A DNA stretch of 64,000 bases from an uncultured Clostridia bacterium (GTDB taxonomy: Bacteria; Bacillota; Clostridia; Christensenellales; UBA1242), in assembly GCA_945921465.1 (NCBI GenBank), contig CAMEKS010000001.1:2745-66744 (forward strand), in the 5' to 3' direction. Both the position numbers and the translations under genes were made by a program. The notes beneath the pieces are model-generated. The model ran no database searches. It had not been told where the DNA came from and saw only the letters and a list, made by a program, of their open reading frames with translations. Shown in pieces: positions 21,309 to 31,416 of this stretch. Every line of letters begins with the position of its first letter. Position 1 is the stretch's first letter.

Positions 21309-24164
21309 ATGGCTAAGATAATAAAAGAAACCAATAGCAAAACAGTTGCAAGCAATGTAGATATTAATTCTACCAATGCGGATAAGATTGCTAAATTAAA
21401 TGCAGGTGATGATACAATGGTGGCAGCAAATAGGCTAGCAAAAGTAGATAAGAAATCATCAAAGAAATCAGTTAAAATGGTTGCAAACAACAATGCAACA
21501 ATGTCTGCAGATGTTAGTATAGAGAAATCGGATAGCGATTCTGCCAATAAGCCTAAGGCGAGTGTTAAGAAATTGGCTAAAGGAACAAAAGAACCCTCTA
21601 AAGCAGAGCCTATTAAGCCCAAAAGGGAACTGCAATTATTTGAAGTTAAGCGAAAGGACGACATTGAGGGACAGATAATAGAGACAAGAAAAGCGACAAG
21701 CAGGCCTATTAAGGCGAATAGGACAGACGACAAGAACAAAAATATTGTAATAGTTAAGCAAGGCAAAAACGAGATAGAAGTGCCCAGAATTAAGGCAAAT
21801 GTTGACACGGGGCTATCATATAAAGATGTTCAACAACGGACAGAACTAGGGCTAAACAATGTGGTGGAAGACAAGAACACCAAAACAATCAGTAAGATAT
21901 TAATTAGCAATATTTTTACATTTTTCAACTTGCTATGTTTAACTGTTGCTACGGCATTGATAGCTGTTGGCAAGATAACCGACTGCTTCTTTATGATAAT
22001 TGTGGCAGCCAATACTCTGATAGGAATTATACAGGAAGTAAGGGCCAAGAAGACCATGGAGAAGATTAGTTTGGTCAATTCGCCAACCACCAAAGTCGTT
22101 CGAGAGGGAGTAGAGACGGAGATACCCGTGACAGGACTTGTGCTAGACGATATAGCCATTTATAATACTGGTAGACAAATCAGTGCCGACTGCATAATTG
22201 TATCTGGCGAGGTAGAGGTTAACGAGAGTTTGTTGACAGGCGAGAGTGTGCCGGTTAAGAAAGGCGAAGGTGACATCCTATATAGCGGCAGTTTTATAAT
22301 CGGCGGCAAGTGTAGAGCCCGAGTAGATAAGGTGGGCAATAATAGCTATACTGCCAAATTGGCAGACAAAGCCAGGGAATATAAGAAGCCAAAGAGCGAA
22401 CTTTTGGCCAGCCTGAAAGCAATAATTACGGCTATAGGCGTTATCATTTTACCGCTGGCCACCCTAACTTTTATTAACAACTATGCCGAGACAGGGCGTA
22501 ATTTGGCAGAGACTGTAGGCAGCACAGCCACATCGGTAGTGGGTATGATACCTTCTGGAATGTTCTTGCTTACTAGTATGGCATTGGCTGTGGGTGTAGT
22601 GAAACTGGCAAAACGAAGAACGCTGGTTCAGGACTTATACAGCATAGAGATGTTGGCGAGAGCAGATGTGTTGTGCCTAGACAAGACAGGAACGATTACT
22701 GATGGCACGATGAAAGTAAATGCGGTCATTCAGCTAAATAATTACACCAAGCATACAATTGGGGACTTAGTTGGGTCTATGCTTACTGCTTTAGATGACA
22801 ACAATCAGACCAGTAGAGCACTGATTAATCACTTTGGCTATAGCAAGGCATTAACTGCCCGAGACATTTTGCCATTCAATAGTGCGAGAAAACTGAGTGC
22901 AGTTACTTTTAAGAATGGTGAGACCTATGTGATGGGTGCACCAGAATTTGTACTTAAGACCAAAAACAAAGATGTAGATGTGCTGGTTAAGCAATATGCC
23001 GAAAAAGGGTTTAGGGTGTTATTAATTGCCGAAGTAGATGGTGCTATAGACAAGGATAAATTACCTGCTAAGCGAACTCCAATTGCAATAATAGTAATAG
23101 AGGATCATATTAGAGAAGATGCTGTAGAGACATTGGCGTGGTTCAGAAACAATGGAGTAGATGTTAAGATAATTTCTGGCGATAATCCGCTAACAGTTAG
23201 CGAAGTCAGTAGACGAGTTGGCGTGGTTGGGGCAGAGAGATTTATTAGCCTAGAGGGATTAAATGAACAACAAGTAATAGATGCTGTAGACAAGTATGTG
23301 GTGTTTGGCAGAGTATCGCCCGAGCAGAAATGTATATTAGTTAAGGCGTTGAAATCCAAAGGACATAAAGTGGCAATGACTGGAGATGGCGTTAATGATA
23401 TTTTGGCGCTAAAAGAAGCCGATTGCTCTATAGCAATGGCAAGCGGAAGCGAAGCGACCAGACATGTTAGTCATTTGGTATTGCTAGATAGCAACTTCAG
23501 CAGTATGCCACAAGTTGTTGCTGAGGGAAGGCGTGTGGTTAATAACGTGCAGAATTCCTCATCGTTGTTTTTGATGAAAACAATATTTACCATATTGCTG
23601 ACTATATTCTGTTTGATTATGAAGATTAGATACACCTTCTCTTCTACCAAATTGATACTATTATTAGAGTTCTTTGTAATAGGCGTGCCATCGTTCTTCT
23701 TGGCGTTGCAGCCAAATTCGGAGCGGATTAAGGGTAAATTCTTAACTAATTTGTTGGCAAAATCTTTGCCAGCGGCATTGATATTTACTATAATGGTAAT
23801 TGGTATGTACCTACTTAATATTAGTGGGCTTATTAGCGAGATAGATTATCAGACGATGTCTTCTATCGCTGTAACCGCAGCGGGCTTGTTAGTTCTATTC
23901 AGACTATGTCAACCATTCAATGCGTATAGAACAATATTATTTATAGCGATGTTGTCACTAGTGCTATTAACGATGCTGGTACAACCATTGTATTTATTCT
24001 TGGGATATACTCAACTAAATCTTCAAAATATTCTATTTATAATAGTATTTGTACAGGTGGGATACCCTATCTACAATGCTTTTGTTAAATTTTTTGAGAG
24101 CAAATTAAATAAAGACTTCAAAGGAAAATTATATGAGCAAGATATACAATCTAGAGCAAATTAA
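21309..24164 (+). CDS. Cation-transporting P-type ATPase with a Lys-rich N-terminal extension of about 165 aa
   Basis: Phosphorylation motif CLDKTGTITDG, hinge MTGDGVNDILALKEADCSIAM and about 10 TM segments. RBS AAGGAG. The N-terminal 165 aa are low-complexity and K/S/N-rich. Confidence 0.9.
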   Translation: MAKIIKETNSKTVASNVDINSTNADKIAKLNAGDDTMVAANRLAKVDKKSSKKSVKMVANNNATMSADVSIEKSDSDSANKPKASVKKLAKGTKEPSKAEPIKPKRELQLFEVKRKDDIEGQIIETRKATSRPIKANRTDDKNKNIVIVKQGKNEIEVPRIKANVDTGLSYKDVQQRTELGLNNVVEDKNTKTISKILISNIFTFFNLLCLTVATALIAVGKITDCFFMIIVAANTLIGIIQEVRAKKTMEKISLVNSPTTKVVREGVETEIPVTGLVLDDIAIYNTGRQISADCIIVSGEVEVNESLLTGESVPVKKGEGDILYSGSFIIGGKCRARVDKVGNNSYTAKLADKAREYKKPKSELLASLKAIITAIGVIILPLATLTFINNYAETGRNLAETVGSTATSVVGMIPSGMFLLTSMALAVGVVKLAKRRTLVQDLYSIEMLARADVLCLDKTGTITDGTMKVNAVIQLNNYTKHTIGDLVGSMLTALDDNNQTSRALINHFGYSKALTARDILPFNSARKLSAVTFKNGETYVMGAPEFVLKTKNKDVDVLVKQYAEKGFRVLLIAEVDGAIDKDKLPAKRTPIAIIVIEDHIREDAVETLAWFRNNGVDVKIISGDNPLTVSEVSRRVGVVGAERFISLEGLNEQQVIDAVDKYVVFGRVSPEQKCILVKALKSKGHKVAMTGDGVNDILALKEADCSIAMASGSEATRHVSHLVLLDSNFSSMPQVVAEGRRVVNNVQNSSSLFLMKTIFTILLTIFCLIMKIRYTFSSTKLILLLEFFVIGVPSFFLALQPNSERIKGKFLTNLLAKSLPAALIFTIMVIGMYLLNISGLISEIDYQTMSSIAVTAAGLLVLFRLCQPFNAYRTILFIAMLSLVLLTMLVQPLYLFLGYTQLNLQNILFIIVFVQVGYPIYNAFVKFFESKLNKDFKGKLYEQDIQSRAN

Positions 24165-25059
24165 TCGAGAAATAGAGAATAATCCAAGGAAATTAATCTT
24201 AGATACCGAGAGTAGGTATCGAGGTCAACTATATCAGATAGCGTACAAGATAGCCAATGACAGAGAAATGAGAATGGTTTTGATGGCTGGACCATCGTGT
24301 GCCGGCAAGACCACATCGGCAAGGCTGCTAAAAGAGATATTAGAACGAATGGGACGAGACGTAATAACTATCAGCCTAGACGATTTCTTTATTGACCGAG
24401 CGCTGACGCCACTACTACCTGATGGCTCCAAAGACTATGATAGCCCACGAGCAATCAATACTGAGTTGATGAAAGAATGCTTTACTGAACTATTTACTGG
24501 CCGCAAAACAGGTTTCCCTATTTATGACTTCGTATCGGGACGCAGCATTAAGAACCATCACATATTAGAGTGCAAGTATAATACAATTATTATATTTGAA
24601 GGCTTGCATGTGCTTAATCCCCTAATCACCAAGTCATTAGGAACGGAAAAGTATTACAGTATTTATGTCAACGCAATGTCTACTTTTAAGTATGGTAAGG
24701 ATAGATTGAATACGCTAGACCTAAGGCTAATAAGACGAATTATTAGAGACGTTAGCCGTAGGAATTATAGCGTAAGACACACACTTAATGCGTGGTCAGA
24801 TGTGTGTGATGCGGAAAAGAAGTATATAAGCAAATATAAGACAAATTGCGATTCTATAGTAGATACCACTCACGAGTTCGAATTGGGAATTTTGCGAGCC
24901 GAAATGGAATTGCTGCAGCAAGACAAAGGGGTTAATTTCGGCAACGCCAAGGAATTAAAATTCTTGCAATATGCGACCGAGTTAGACAAATCATTGTTGC
25001 CAGATACCACTCTGATGTGGGAATTTGTAGATCCTTATAAGGAAGAAGAGGAGAAGTAA
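24133..25059 (+). CDS. Uridine kinase / PRK-family nucleoside kinase-like protein
   Basis: P-loop MAGPSCAGKTTSARLL and a IIIFEGLHVLNP segment. Overlaps the ATPase 3' end by 32 nt. RBS AAAGGAAA. Confidence 0.65.
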   Translation: MSKIYNLEQINREIENNPRKLILDTESRYRGQLYQIAYKIANDREMRMVLMAGPSCAGKTTSARLLKEILERMGRDVITISLDDFFIDRALTPLLPDGSKDYDSPRAINTELMKECFTELFTGRKTGFPIYDFVSGRSIKNHHILECKYNTIIIFEGLHVLNPLITKSLGTEKYYSIYVNAMSTFKYGKDRLNTLDLRLIRRIIRDVSRRNYSVRHTLNAWSDVCDAEKKYISKYKTNCDSIVDTTHEFELGILRAEMELLQQDKGVNFGNAKELKFLQYATELDKSLLPDTTLMWEFVDPYKEEEEK

Positions 25060-26432
25060 TGGACACTAAATTAACAATGGACAAGATAGTAAATCTGTGC
25101 AAGAGTCGTGGGTTCGTATTCCCAGGCAGCGACATCTATGGCGGATTTGCCAACACATGGGATTTTGGCCCAGTGGGGGTAGAATTAAAAAATAATATTA
25201 AGAAAGCATGGTGGAAGAGATTTGTTCAAGAATCACCCAATAGTTATGGTGTTGATGCCGCTATATTGATGAACCCAACCGTGTGGGATGCCAGTGGGCA
25301 CACTAAGTCGTTTGCCGATCCTAAGATGGATTGTAAGGTTTGCAAACAACGTTTTAGGGCAGATAATTTGATTGAAGATTACTCTAAGGGCACGGTCGTT
25401 CCTGACCAAATGACCAACGAGGAGATGCAAGCATATATTGCAGAACACAAAGTAAAATGTCCTAAATGTGGAAGTTATGACTGGACGCCTATTAGGCAAT
25501 TTAAGTTAATGTTTGAGACTAGTAGAGGGACTGTAGAGGGCGAGAAAGATGTGGTATATCTAAGACCAGAGACCGCCCAAGGCGAGTATGTCAATTTTCT
25601 TAATGTACAACGTACTGCTAGGGCCAAAGTTCCTTTTGGTATTGCACAAATAGGAAAATCATTCCGTAACGAAATAACCCCTGGGAACTTCTTGTTCCGA
25701 ACAATTGAGTTTGAACAAATGGAACACCAATTATTCTGCAAACCCGATCAAGCATTAGCAGAGTATGCCGAATACAAGGACAAGGCGTGGAAGTTTGCTA
25801 CAGATATTGGGCTAAAACCAGAGCATCTTAGATTTCACGATCATGACAAATTGGCACATTATGCTAGGGCTGCGTGCGATATTCAATACTTATTCCCAAT
25901 TGGTTGGCAAGAACTTAACGGCATTCATCATCGTGGAGATTATGACCTGTCTCGTCACCAAGAGTATAGTGGCAAATCTTTGCTATATCTTGATCCAATT
26001 ACCAATGAGAAATATTTGCCTAATGTGGTAGAATATTCTATTGGTGCAGATAGATTAACATTGGCTTTGTTATGCGAGGCGTACGATGAGGAAGCCCTTG
26101 AGGGCGGCGATACTAGAGTGGTGTTGCATCTTAATCCTTACATTGCACCATATAAGGTTGCAATTATGCCTCTACAGAAGAGTTTGAGCGAGAAAGCAAA
26201 AGAAGTATATAACAACCTTGCGAAATATTTTATGGCTGATTATGACGAAGCGGGTAGTATAGGTAAGCGTTATCGCAGACAGGATGAGATAGGCACTCCA
26301 TATTGTGTGACTATTGACTTCGACACACTAGAGGATAACACTGTAACCATAAGAGATCGTGACACAATGAAGCAAGAGCGTATAGCGATATCCGAATTAA
26401 AAGACTATATTTTAGACAAAATTGTTTTCTAA
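25059..26432 (+). CDS. glyQS: Glycine--tRNA ligase (homodimeric class II type)
   Basis: Typical GlyQS N-terminus (MDKIVNLCKSRGFVFPGSDIYGG), class II motifs (FRNEITPGNFLFRTIEFEQME; GADRL) and a C-terminal anticodon-binding domain. The start overlaps the upstream stop (TAATG). Confidence 0.92.
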   Translation: MDTKLTMDKIVNLCKSRGFVFPGSDIYGGFANTWDFGPVGVELKNNIKKAWWKRFVQESPNSYGVDAAILMNPTVWDASGHTKSFADPKMDCKVCKQRFRADNLIEDYSKGTVVPDQMTNEEMQAYIAEHKVKCPKCGSYDWTPIRQFKLMFETSRGTVEGEKDVVYLRPETAQGEYVNFLNVQRTARAKVPFGIAQIGKSFRNEITPGNFLFRTIEFEQMEHQLFCKPDQALAEYAEYKDKAWKFATDIGLKPEHLRFHDHDKLAHYARAACDIQYLFPIGWQELNGIHHRGDYDLSRHQEYSGKSLLYLDPITNEKYLPNVVEYSIGADRLTLALLCEAYDEEALEGGDTRVVLHLNPYIAPYKVAIMPLQKSLSEKAKEVYNNLAKYFMADYDEAGSIGKRYRRQDEIGTPYCVTIDFDTLEDNTVTIRDRDTMKQERIAISELKDYILDKIVF

Positions 26433-26688
26433 TTATTACTATAGACCATTATTATATGAAATATAACTTCAAAAAATATTATGCTTTTGGGGGATAAATA
26501 TCATATTAGTGGTCTTATTTTTTCTTTTAAAAATATTAATAAAATTATAAAGTGTTGTATTTTGTAATAAAAAATGGATATTTGTTTTTTTATAGTATTA
26601 TAGACAAAGAATTGGTGGTTGTTCGACAATTATTGACAAGTTCAGACAAATGTAGTTTTTTTTCGCCTTTATTTGTGTGCAGATAATC

Positions 26689-26717
26689 TTGAAAAATCTA
26701 TCGGGTTACTGTAAAAT
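26689..26717 (+). promoter_or_regulatory. Sigma-A type promoter candidate (TTGAAA-17-TAAAAT) for the two small genes
   Basis: TTGAAA 26689-26694, an exact 17-nt spacer, and TAAAAT 26712-26717, about 30 nt upstream of the 26749 ATG. Confidence 0.5.
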
Positions 26718-26748
26718 CTAAGTAGTAATATAAGGAGGGATAATATTA

Positions 26749-26889
26749 ATGAACGGAATTATTGAATGTATATTGGCAGCGATGAGATTTGAATTAGATA
26801 ATGTTATCAATATAACAAATGAAGGCATTACAGTAATTGCTTCTGACGGAACAAAACTAATGGTTCATTTAAGAAAGGGAGAGGTGTAA
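26749..26889 (+). CDS. Small hypothetical protein (46 aa), first gene of a coupled pair
   Basis: Below the ORF-track size cutoff. Strong RBS AAGGAGG 8 nt upstream of the ATG. Translation: MNGIIECILAAMRFELDNVINITNEGITVIASDGTKLMVHLRKGEV. Its stop lies 3 nt before the next ATG. Confidence 0.55.
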   Translation: MNGIIECILAAMRFELDNVINITNEGITVIASDGTKLMVHLRKGEV

Positions 26890-26892
26890 AAT

Positions 26893-27096
26893 ATGAATGA
26901 TTATGTAATTAATCACAATTTCGATTCGTGGGAGTCTGATAAAACAATAAAAAAATTAAAAATAAGAAATATTAATGATTTGCGCACATATCTAGATTTG
27001 CTGTTGCTAGACATATTTGACGGAAAAATTTCTAATAACTCTATAGTGCTATCTAATGGAGAATCATACACAATAGACATTGCAGTCAATGAATAG
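26893..27096 (+). CDS. Small hypothetical protein (67 aa), second gene of a coupled pair
   Basis: Track ORF. The RBS GGAGAGGTG lies inside the end of the upstream small gene. I recognise no motif. Confidence 0.55.
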   Translation: MNDYVINHNFDSWESDKTIKKLKIRNINDLRTYLDLLLLDIFDGKISNNSIVLSNGESYTIDIAVNE

Positions 27097-27370
27097 AGAA
27101 ATTAAATCAATAGTAAAATAATTGAAATTATATTCCTTATATATTTTAACCAGTGCGGACATTTGTTCAATCTATGAGTTTGTCATTAATAAAATTGTGG
27201 GAATTATAATAAATTATACCAATAATCTTAAGATAATATTTTTATTATACTGCTTTTAATGTTGTCTACAACAAGAAGATGTGTAAAGCATAGGAAATAT
27301 TAAAAACAGTAAAATATGATATAATTAGACATAATTAAAGGATATACTTACATATGCTTAAGCTTGTAAC

Positions 27371-27409
27371 AAAAAATATCACTAAGTATTAATCTTAGTG
27401 ATATTTTTT
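27371..27409. terminator. Bidirectional rho-independent terminator
   Basis: AAAAATATCACTAAG-tattaat-CTTAGTGATATTTTT, a perfect 15-bp stem flanked by an A-run and a T-run. It lies between the small-gene pair (+) and the GLUG protein gene (-). Confidence 0.85.
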
Positions 27410-27458
27410 GTCAAGAAATGGATAGTAATTGTCATTATCATACGCCAACAATAACATT

Positions 27459-30400
27459 CTAGATATTGTTAGATGTAGGGCTCTTGTATCCTTTTTGAGC
27501 ACAAGTTGATGTTACATATCTAGAGTAAATGCTGCTCCAGTTAGCTGGGAAAGTAGCAGTGGAGAATATTGCCCCACTTATTACTCTACCGCAACCGCCT
27601 GCTGCATAGGTAAATACACCTGTGGCAGATATATAACATATAGATGTCAATTTGTTATTAGTTGCTTTGCCACCGTTGAACATAGCACCAATAATTCCAC
27701 CAGCATATGCCTCTGTGGCGTTGTACTTAGAGCATTTTGCTACAATCTCACCAGTTGAATGAGTGTTGTTAGTAATAGTTCCTGACTTATATACCTTACC
27801 AACTACACCACCTGCTAGTGCATTGCACTTGGTATCGGATGTGATAGCAGATATATTGCCACTATTGATGTTAGATTTCACATAACCATCAGTCATCATA
27901 GCAACTATACCAGCGGATTGGTAGTTAGAACTAATAGTTCCTGAGTTAGAGTTGTTCTGAACGGTTCCTATAGTTAAATAACCTACGATACCAGCAGCGT
28001 TGCCGCCATTATTGCTTCCAGATACGCAGCAAGTAATTTTGCCACGATTATTACAATCTTCTACCAATTGTCTAGAGTTGCCATTCATTAAGCCTACGAT
28101 ACCAGCACTGATTACTGTGCCGTGTTCGATAATGTCATACTCGTCTACTGATGTAGATGTGTTATTTATGTTACCAATGTTGTTACAATCTGTGATTGTG
28201 CCTGCCTCGAAGTTTGCCACGATACCAGCGACAAATTGAGTCTTTGCAGTGATATTTGCAGAGTTGTCGCAATTAGTGATTTGGCCATCTTGCATATTAC
28301 CTACGATACCAGCGACACCTATTTTAGCAATTTTGCTGAAATTGATAGTGCCAGATACTTCGCAGTCTGAGATAAAGCCGCAAGATTCGTTAGCAATACC
28401 GCCAAAGTAATTAGAATTGTTCAATGATCTAACTGTAGGGCTGCTATATTTTACGGTCAAGTTGTTAATTGTTGCAGTGTCTGCTACTTGGTCAAACAAT
28501 GCAAAATCATATAATGTGCCTTTAACGATGATTGTATAACCGTTGCCATTGAATGTTCCTGCAAAGTTTTCGCAAGGTAGGAATTTCGATGTAACTGTAA
28601 AGCTGTTGGCTAGCGCAAAGGTTAAATTCTCGTTGTCACCATAGTTGACAACATATTCATTCCAAGAATCTGTGTCGGAGATGATATAGTCACCTTCTAC
28701 ATCAGTGTCAGGAGTGTAATTAGGATTATTATTGTTAGAGTATATTACATATATAGTTAGATTTTCGTTAGGCATCTTGGATGTGTTGTAATAAGGAATG
28801 CCTGTGCCATCTTGGTTAGTTGCAAATCTGATATATGCATAACTGCTATATTGCTTGGTTATTGTGTTGATGTAACTAGCGATGCTTTCACCCTCTGTTA
28901 CAGTAGCAGTTAATTTAGTTTTGCCGGTAGTTGCATCAATAATTGTCAGATTGTGCCTAGTGCTACGGAACCAAATGTCTAGACTAGTATCACCATTGAC
29001 AACATTGTTGTTAGCAACGATTTCTTCATTTATTTCAAATGAGTTGAATTTGTAATTAGAACTAACATTTTCGAAAGTGATTGTATAGAATGCTTTGCCA
29101 TCTAGGTTGTAGATAATTACAGAATTATTAGTGATATTAACCCTAAAGCCTTCAGCGACCCCTAGTGCATAACTTGCACTATTAGTAGAAGCAACTACTT
29201 TGTTATTAGAGTCTTTTACTACAATAGTAGCGATTTTTCGGATAGCATCTTTTTCGTTGATATCTCCTTGAGAGATAACAAATTCGTAAGCATTTACAAT
29301 CTCGAAGTCGGTAGTGATACCGTCTTCGGCATCGTCTTGCATAGTATATGTAAGGGTAGGGAATCCATTGTTAACTGCAGTACTGATATTCCAAACATTG
29401 CCAAAATCCCAATTGCCAGCGATTTCTCTAGTTGCTAACAAATTGCCAGTAGTAGAATATGTTTTAACTACTCTCTTGCCAGGGACGAATGAAGATTGCA
29501 ATCTCATATTGGCAGAAGTTAGCCCTTGTACAAAGCCTGCTTTCTCGGCAGTAGTTACTTCGCTAACAGTTTTGTCGGCCAACATATTTCTGCCTACGCC
29601 AGCAAATCTCTTAACAGTTGCACTCTCAGAAACGTTAAGATTTTCTTTGTTATAATATAGCCCACTTAGGTTATTGGTGTTAGATTCTAGACTGATTTTG
29701 CCATTAGTAACAATCTCTATAGCATCCAAGTTTTGACCAATCACACCACCGATAGTCTCGTTAGCACTTGCGTCAACTTTGGCTGTATATAGATTAATAG
29801 CACTATAACTATTGCAAACTATAGCAGCACTTATCATAGTAGAATTACCTTGGCTAAGAGTGGCGAATTGGTTGTCTCCAACTATTCCACCAAATGTAAT
29901 TTTGCTACCAGCTAGATATACACGACCAATAGCATAAGTGTTGTCGATTTTGCCACCTATATTTTTAGCAGCAATGCCACCGATAATGCCGTTAACGCCA
30001 GTGTATTCATAATTTACGCCTTTGTCAGTTACACTTTCGGTCTGACCAATGATTACATTAGACGAGCATTTGCTTATAGTAGCAATATTGACAGAGTCAA
30101 TACCATTGGTAGAGATATTCTTGCCCACAACACCACCAATTGCGTCAGCAGTAACATTAAGGAATGCGTCTCTAATCTCGATACGCTCTACTAGACCATA
30201 GTTAATCGCAGCAATTGTTCCGAAATTATCAAATTCACCAACTGCATAATAGTTCGCCAACTTTAGATTGTACACTTTGCCATTAGCAGCGATGGTATTA
30301 ATAAGACCACCGTTGCTGAAATCAATAGAAGTGTCAGTAGAATTATTAACAAGATAAGAATCCTTATCTATGTCTATATTAGAGATTGTAAAACCATTGC

Positions 30401-30896
30401 CATCTAGTATGCCACTAAATTCGTTGATAGGTGCCCAGAATCCATTGTTAACATTAGACATATCTAGATTGGCTACCAATTTGTAACAAGCATCAGCAGG
30501 ATATTCATCACTACGACCAATCATAGCCAATTGCTCTGGCTCACTAATGTAATAAGGATTATCTATAGAACCATCGCCAACCAAGACATCGCAGAATAGA
30601 TTACGATATCGGCTATTAGTTGTAGTAAAAGTTACTCTAGCCACACCACCAGCTTTGGCCACAAATAAACCGCTGCTGAAGTCTACTATTGATGTATCGT
30701 TGGTAGAATTAGTTATAGATGTAGTTTTCTTAGGGTTCTTACGTATTACATCAATGCTGAATTCGTCGCCCACATTAACATACATTACCTCTGCGGAAAG
30801 AGAAATAGTCTCTCTGGTAACTACTACAAAAATCATAGATACAGATACTACTATTGCCACAAATACGCTGAAGAATAATACCCAAAACTTTTTCAT
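27459..30896 (-). CDS. Large surface protein: N-terminal signal anchor, Ig-like domain, many GLUG-type repeats and Listeria-Bacteroides (flg_new-like) repeats
   Basis: Repeats of the form xAGIVGxxxxGxIxNCxNxGxI / GGIAAKNIGGKIDN (GLUG-like). The central segments HNLTIIDATTGK...IRFATNQDGTGIPYYNTSKMPNENLTIYVIYS resemble flg_new repeats. Start at Met9 (MKKFWVLFF) behind GGAGGAAA. Confidence 0.75.
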   Translation of the reverse strand: MKKFWVLFFSVFVAIVVSVSMIFVVVTRETISLSAEVMYVNVGDEFSIDVIRKNPKKTTSITNSTNDTSIVDFSSGLFVAKAGGVARVTFTTTNSRYRNLFCDVLVGDGSIDNPYYISEPEQLAMIGRSDEYPADACYKLVANLDMSNVNNGFWAPINEFSGILDGNGFTISNIDIDKDSYLVNNSTDTSIDFSNGGLINTIAANGKVYNLKLANYYAVGEFDNFGTIAAINYGLVERIEIRDAFLNVTADAIGGVVGKNISTNGIDSVNIATISKCSSNVIIGQTESVTDKGVNYEYTGVNGIIGGIAAKNIGGKIDNTYAIGRVYLAGSKITFGGIVGDNQFATLSQGNSTMISAAIVCNSYSAINLYTAKVDASANETIGGVIGQNLDAIEIVTNGKISLESNTNNLSGLYYNKENLNVSESATVKRFAGVGRNMLADKTVSEVTTAEKAGFVQGLTSANMRLQSSFVPGKRVVKTYSTTGNLLATREIAGNWDFGNVWNISTAVNNGFPTLTYTMQDDAEDGITTDFEIVNAYEFVISQGDINEKDAIRKIATIVVKDSNNKVVASTNSASYALGVAEGFRVNITNNSVIIYNLDGKAFYTITFENVSSNYKFNSFEINEEIVANNNVVNGDTSLDIWFRSTRHNLTIIDATTGKTKLTATVTEGESIASYINTITKQYSSYAYIRFATNQDGTGIPYYNTSKMPNENLTIYVIYSNNNNPNYTPDTDVEGDYIISDTDSWNEYVVNYGDNENLTFALANSFTVTSKFLPCENFAGTFNGNGYTIIVKGTLYDFALFDQVADTATINNLTVKYSSPTVRSLNNSNYFGGIANESCGFISDCEVSGTINFSKIAKIGVAGIVGNMQDGQITNCDNSANITAKTQFVAGIVANFEAGTITDCNNIGNINNTSTSVDEYDIIEHGTVISAGIVGLMNGNSRQLVEDCNNRGKITCCVSGSNNGGNAAGIVGYLTIGTVQNNSNSGTISSNYQSAGIVAMMTDGYVKSNINSGNISAITSDTKCNALAGGVVGKVYKSGTITNNTHSTGEIVAKCSKYNATEAYAGGIIGAMFNGGKATNNKLTSICYISATGVFTYAAGGCGRVISGAIFSTATFPANWSSIYSRYVTSTCAQKGYKSPTSNNI

Positions 30897-30990
30897 AAAT
30901 TTTCCTCCATTTCTCAACAAAACTTAATTTATTTTCAAAAACAGCATTATTTCTCTTGACAAAATTTATATTTTTATATAAACTTACCCT

Positions 30991-31019
30991 ATTTTAGCAC
31001 AAGCAAATATGGTTGTCAA
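30991..31019 (-). promoter_or_regulatory. Sigma-A type promoter candidate (TTGACA-17-TAAAAT) for the GLUG protein gene
   Basis: The reverse complement of 30991-31019 reads TTGACA-accatatttgcttgtgc-TAAAAT. Confidence 0.55.
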
Positions 31020-31266
31020 TACCCATTTTTACAAAAAAACTAGTATTTTATGTATTGATAAATATATATAATAAATTAGCAATTTTTGCCATCATTGTGG
31101 TGTGTATTGAATTCTTTTGTTAAACTGTTGACATTATTTTATTACTAATTGTCAAAAACCATTATAATCGTCGTGCAATTGCGTCAGATTGTAGCAAATT
31201 GATAATTATTGGTTGCTGTTTGTTATTAACAGCATCAGTTTGCAGACGTACATATGCATATTTAGC

Positions 31267-31322
31267 AAAAAAAAGCATACCCCAATTCAGGTGCATTATT
31301 TGCATCTATATGTATGCTTTTA
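31267..31322 (-). terminator. Rho-independent terminator candidate downstream of ORFan 31417..32118
   Basis: On the minus strand, AAAAGCATAC ... GTATGC followed by T8. The loop is long and contains a second small hairpin. Confidence 0.5.
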
Positions 31323-31416
31323 TTATTATAAATTATAGTTTGCTAATATTAATAATCAGAATCTGTTTATGTACACCCTGTATAATTATGACAAAATACA
31401 AATTACATTCATTATT

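Noticed and set aside
21290-21808. 172-aa track ORF antisense to the ATPase N-terminal region. The same applies to many other antisense or embedded track ORFs, for example 7450..7827, 9312..9605, 15475..15819, 15683..16006, 29314..29655, 31660..32097, 36823..37113, the series inside 36881..41881, 44339..44680, 48066..48464, 53250..53633, 57869..58339, 58638..58976 and 60112..60621.
   Set aside because: Each lies entirely inside, or mostly overlaps, a longer ORF on the other strand or frame that has clear family motifs or an RBS. Their compositions (Leu/Ser/Ile/Phe-rich mirror of AT-rich coding sequence) are typical of shadow ORFs.
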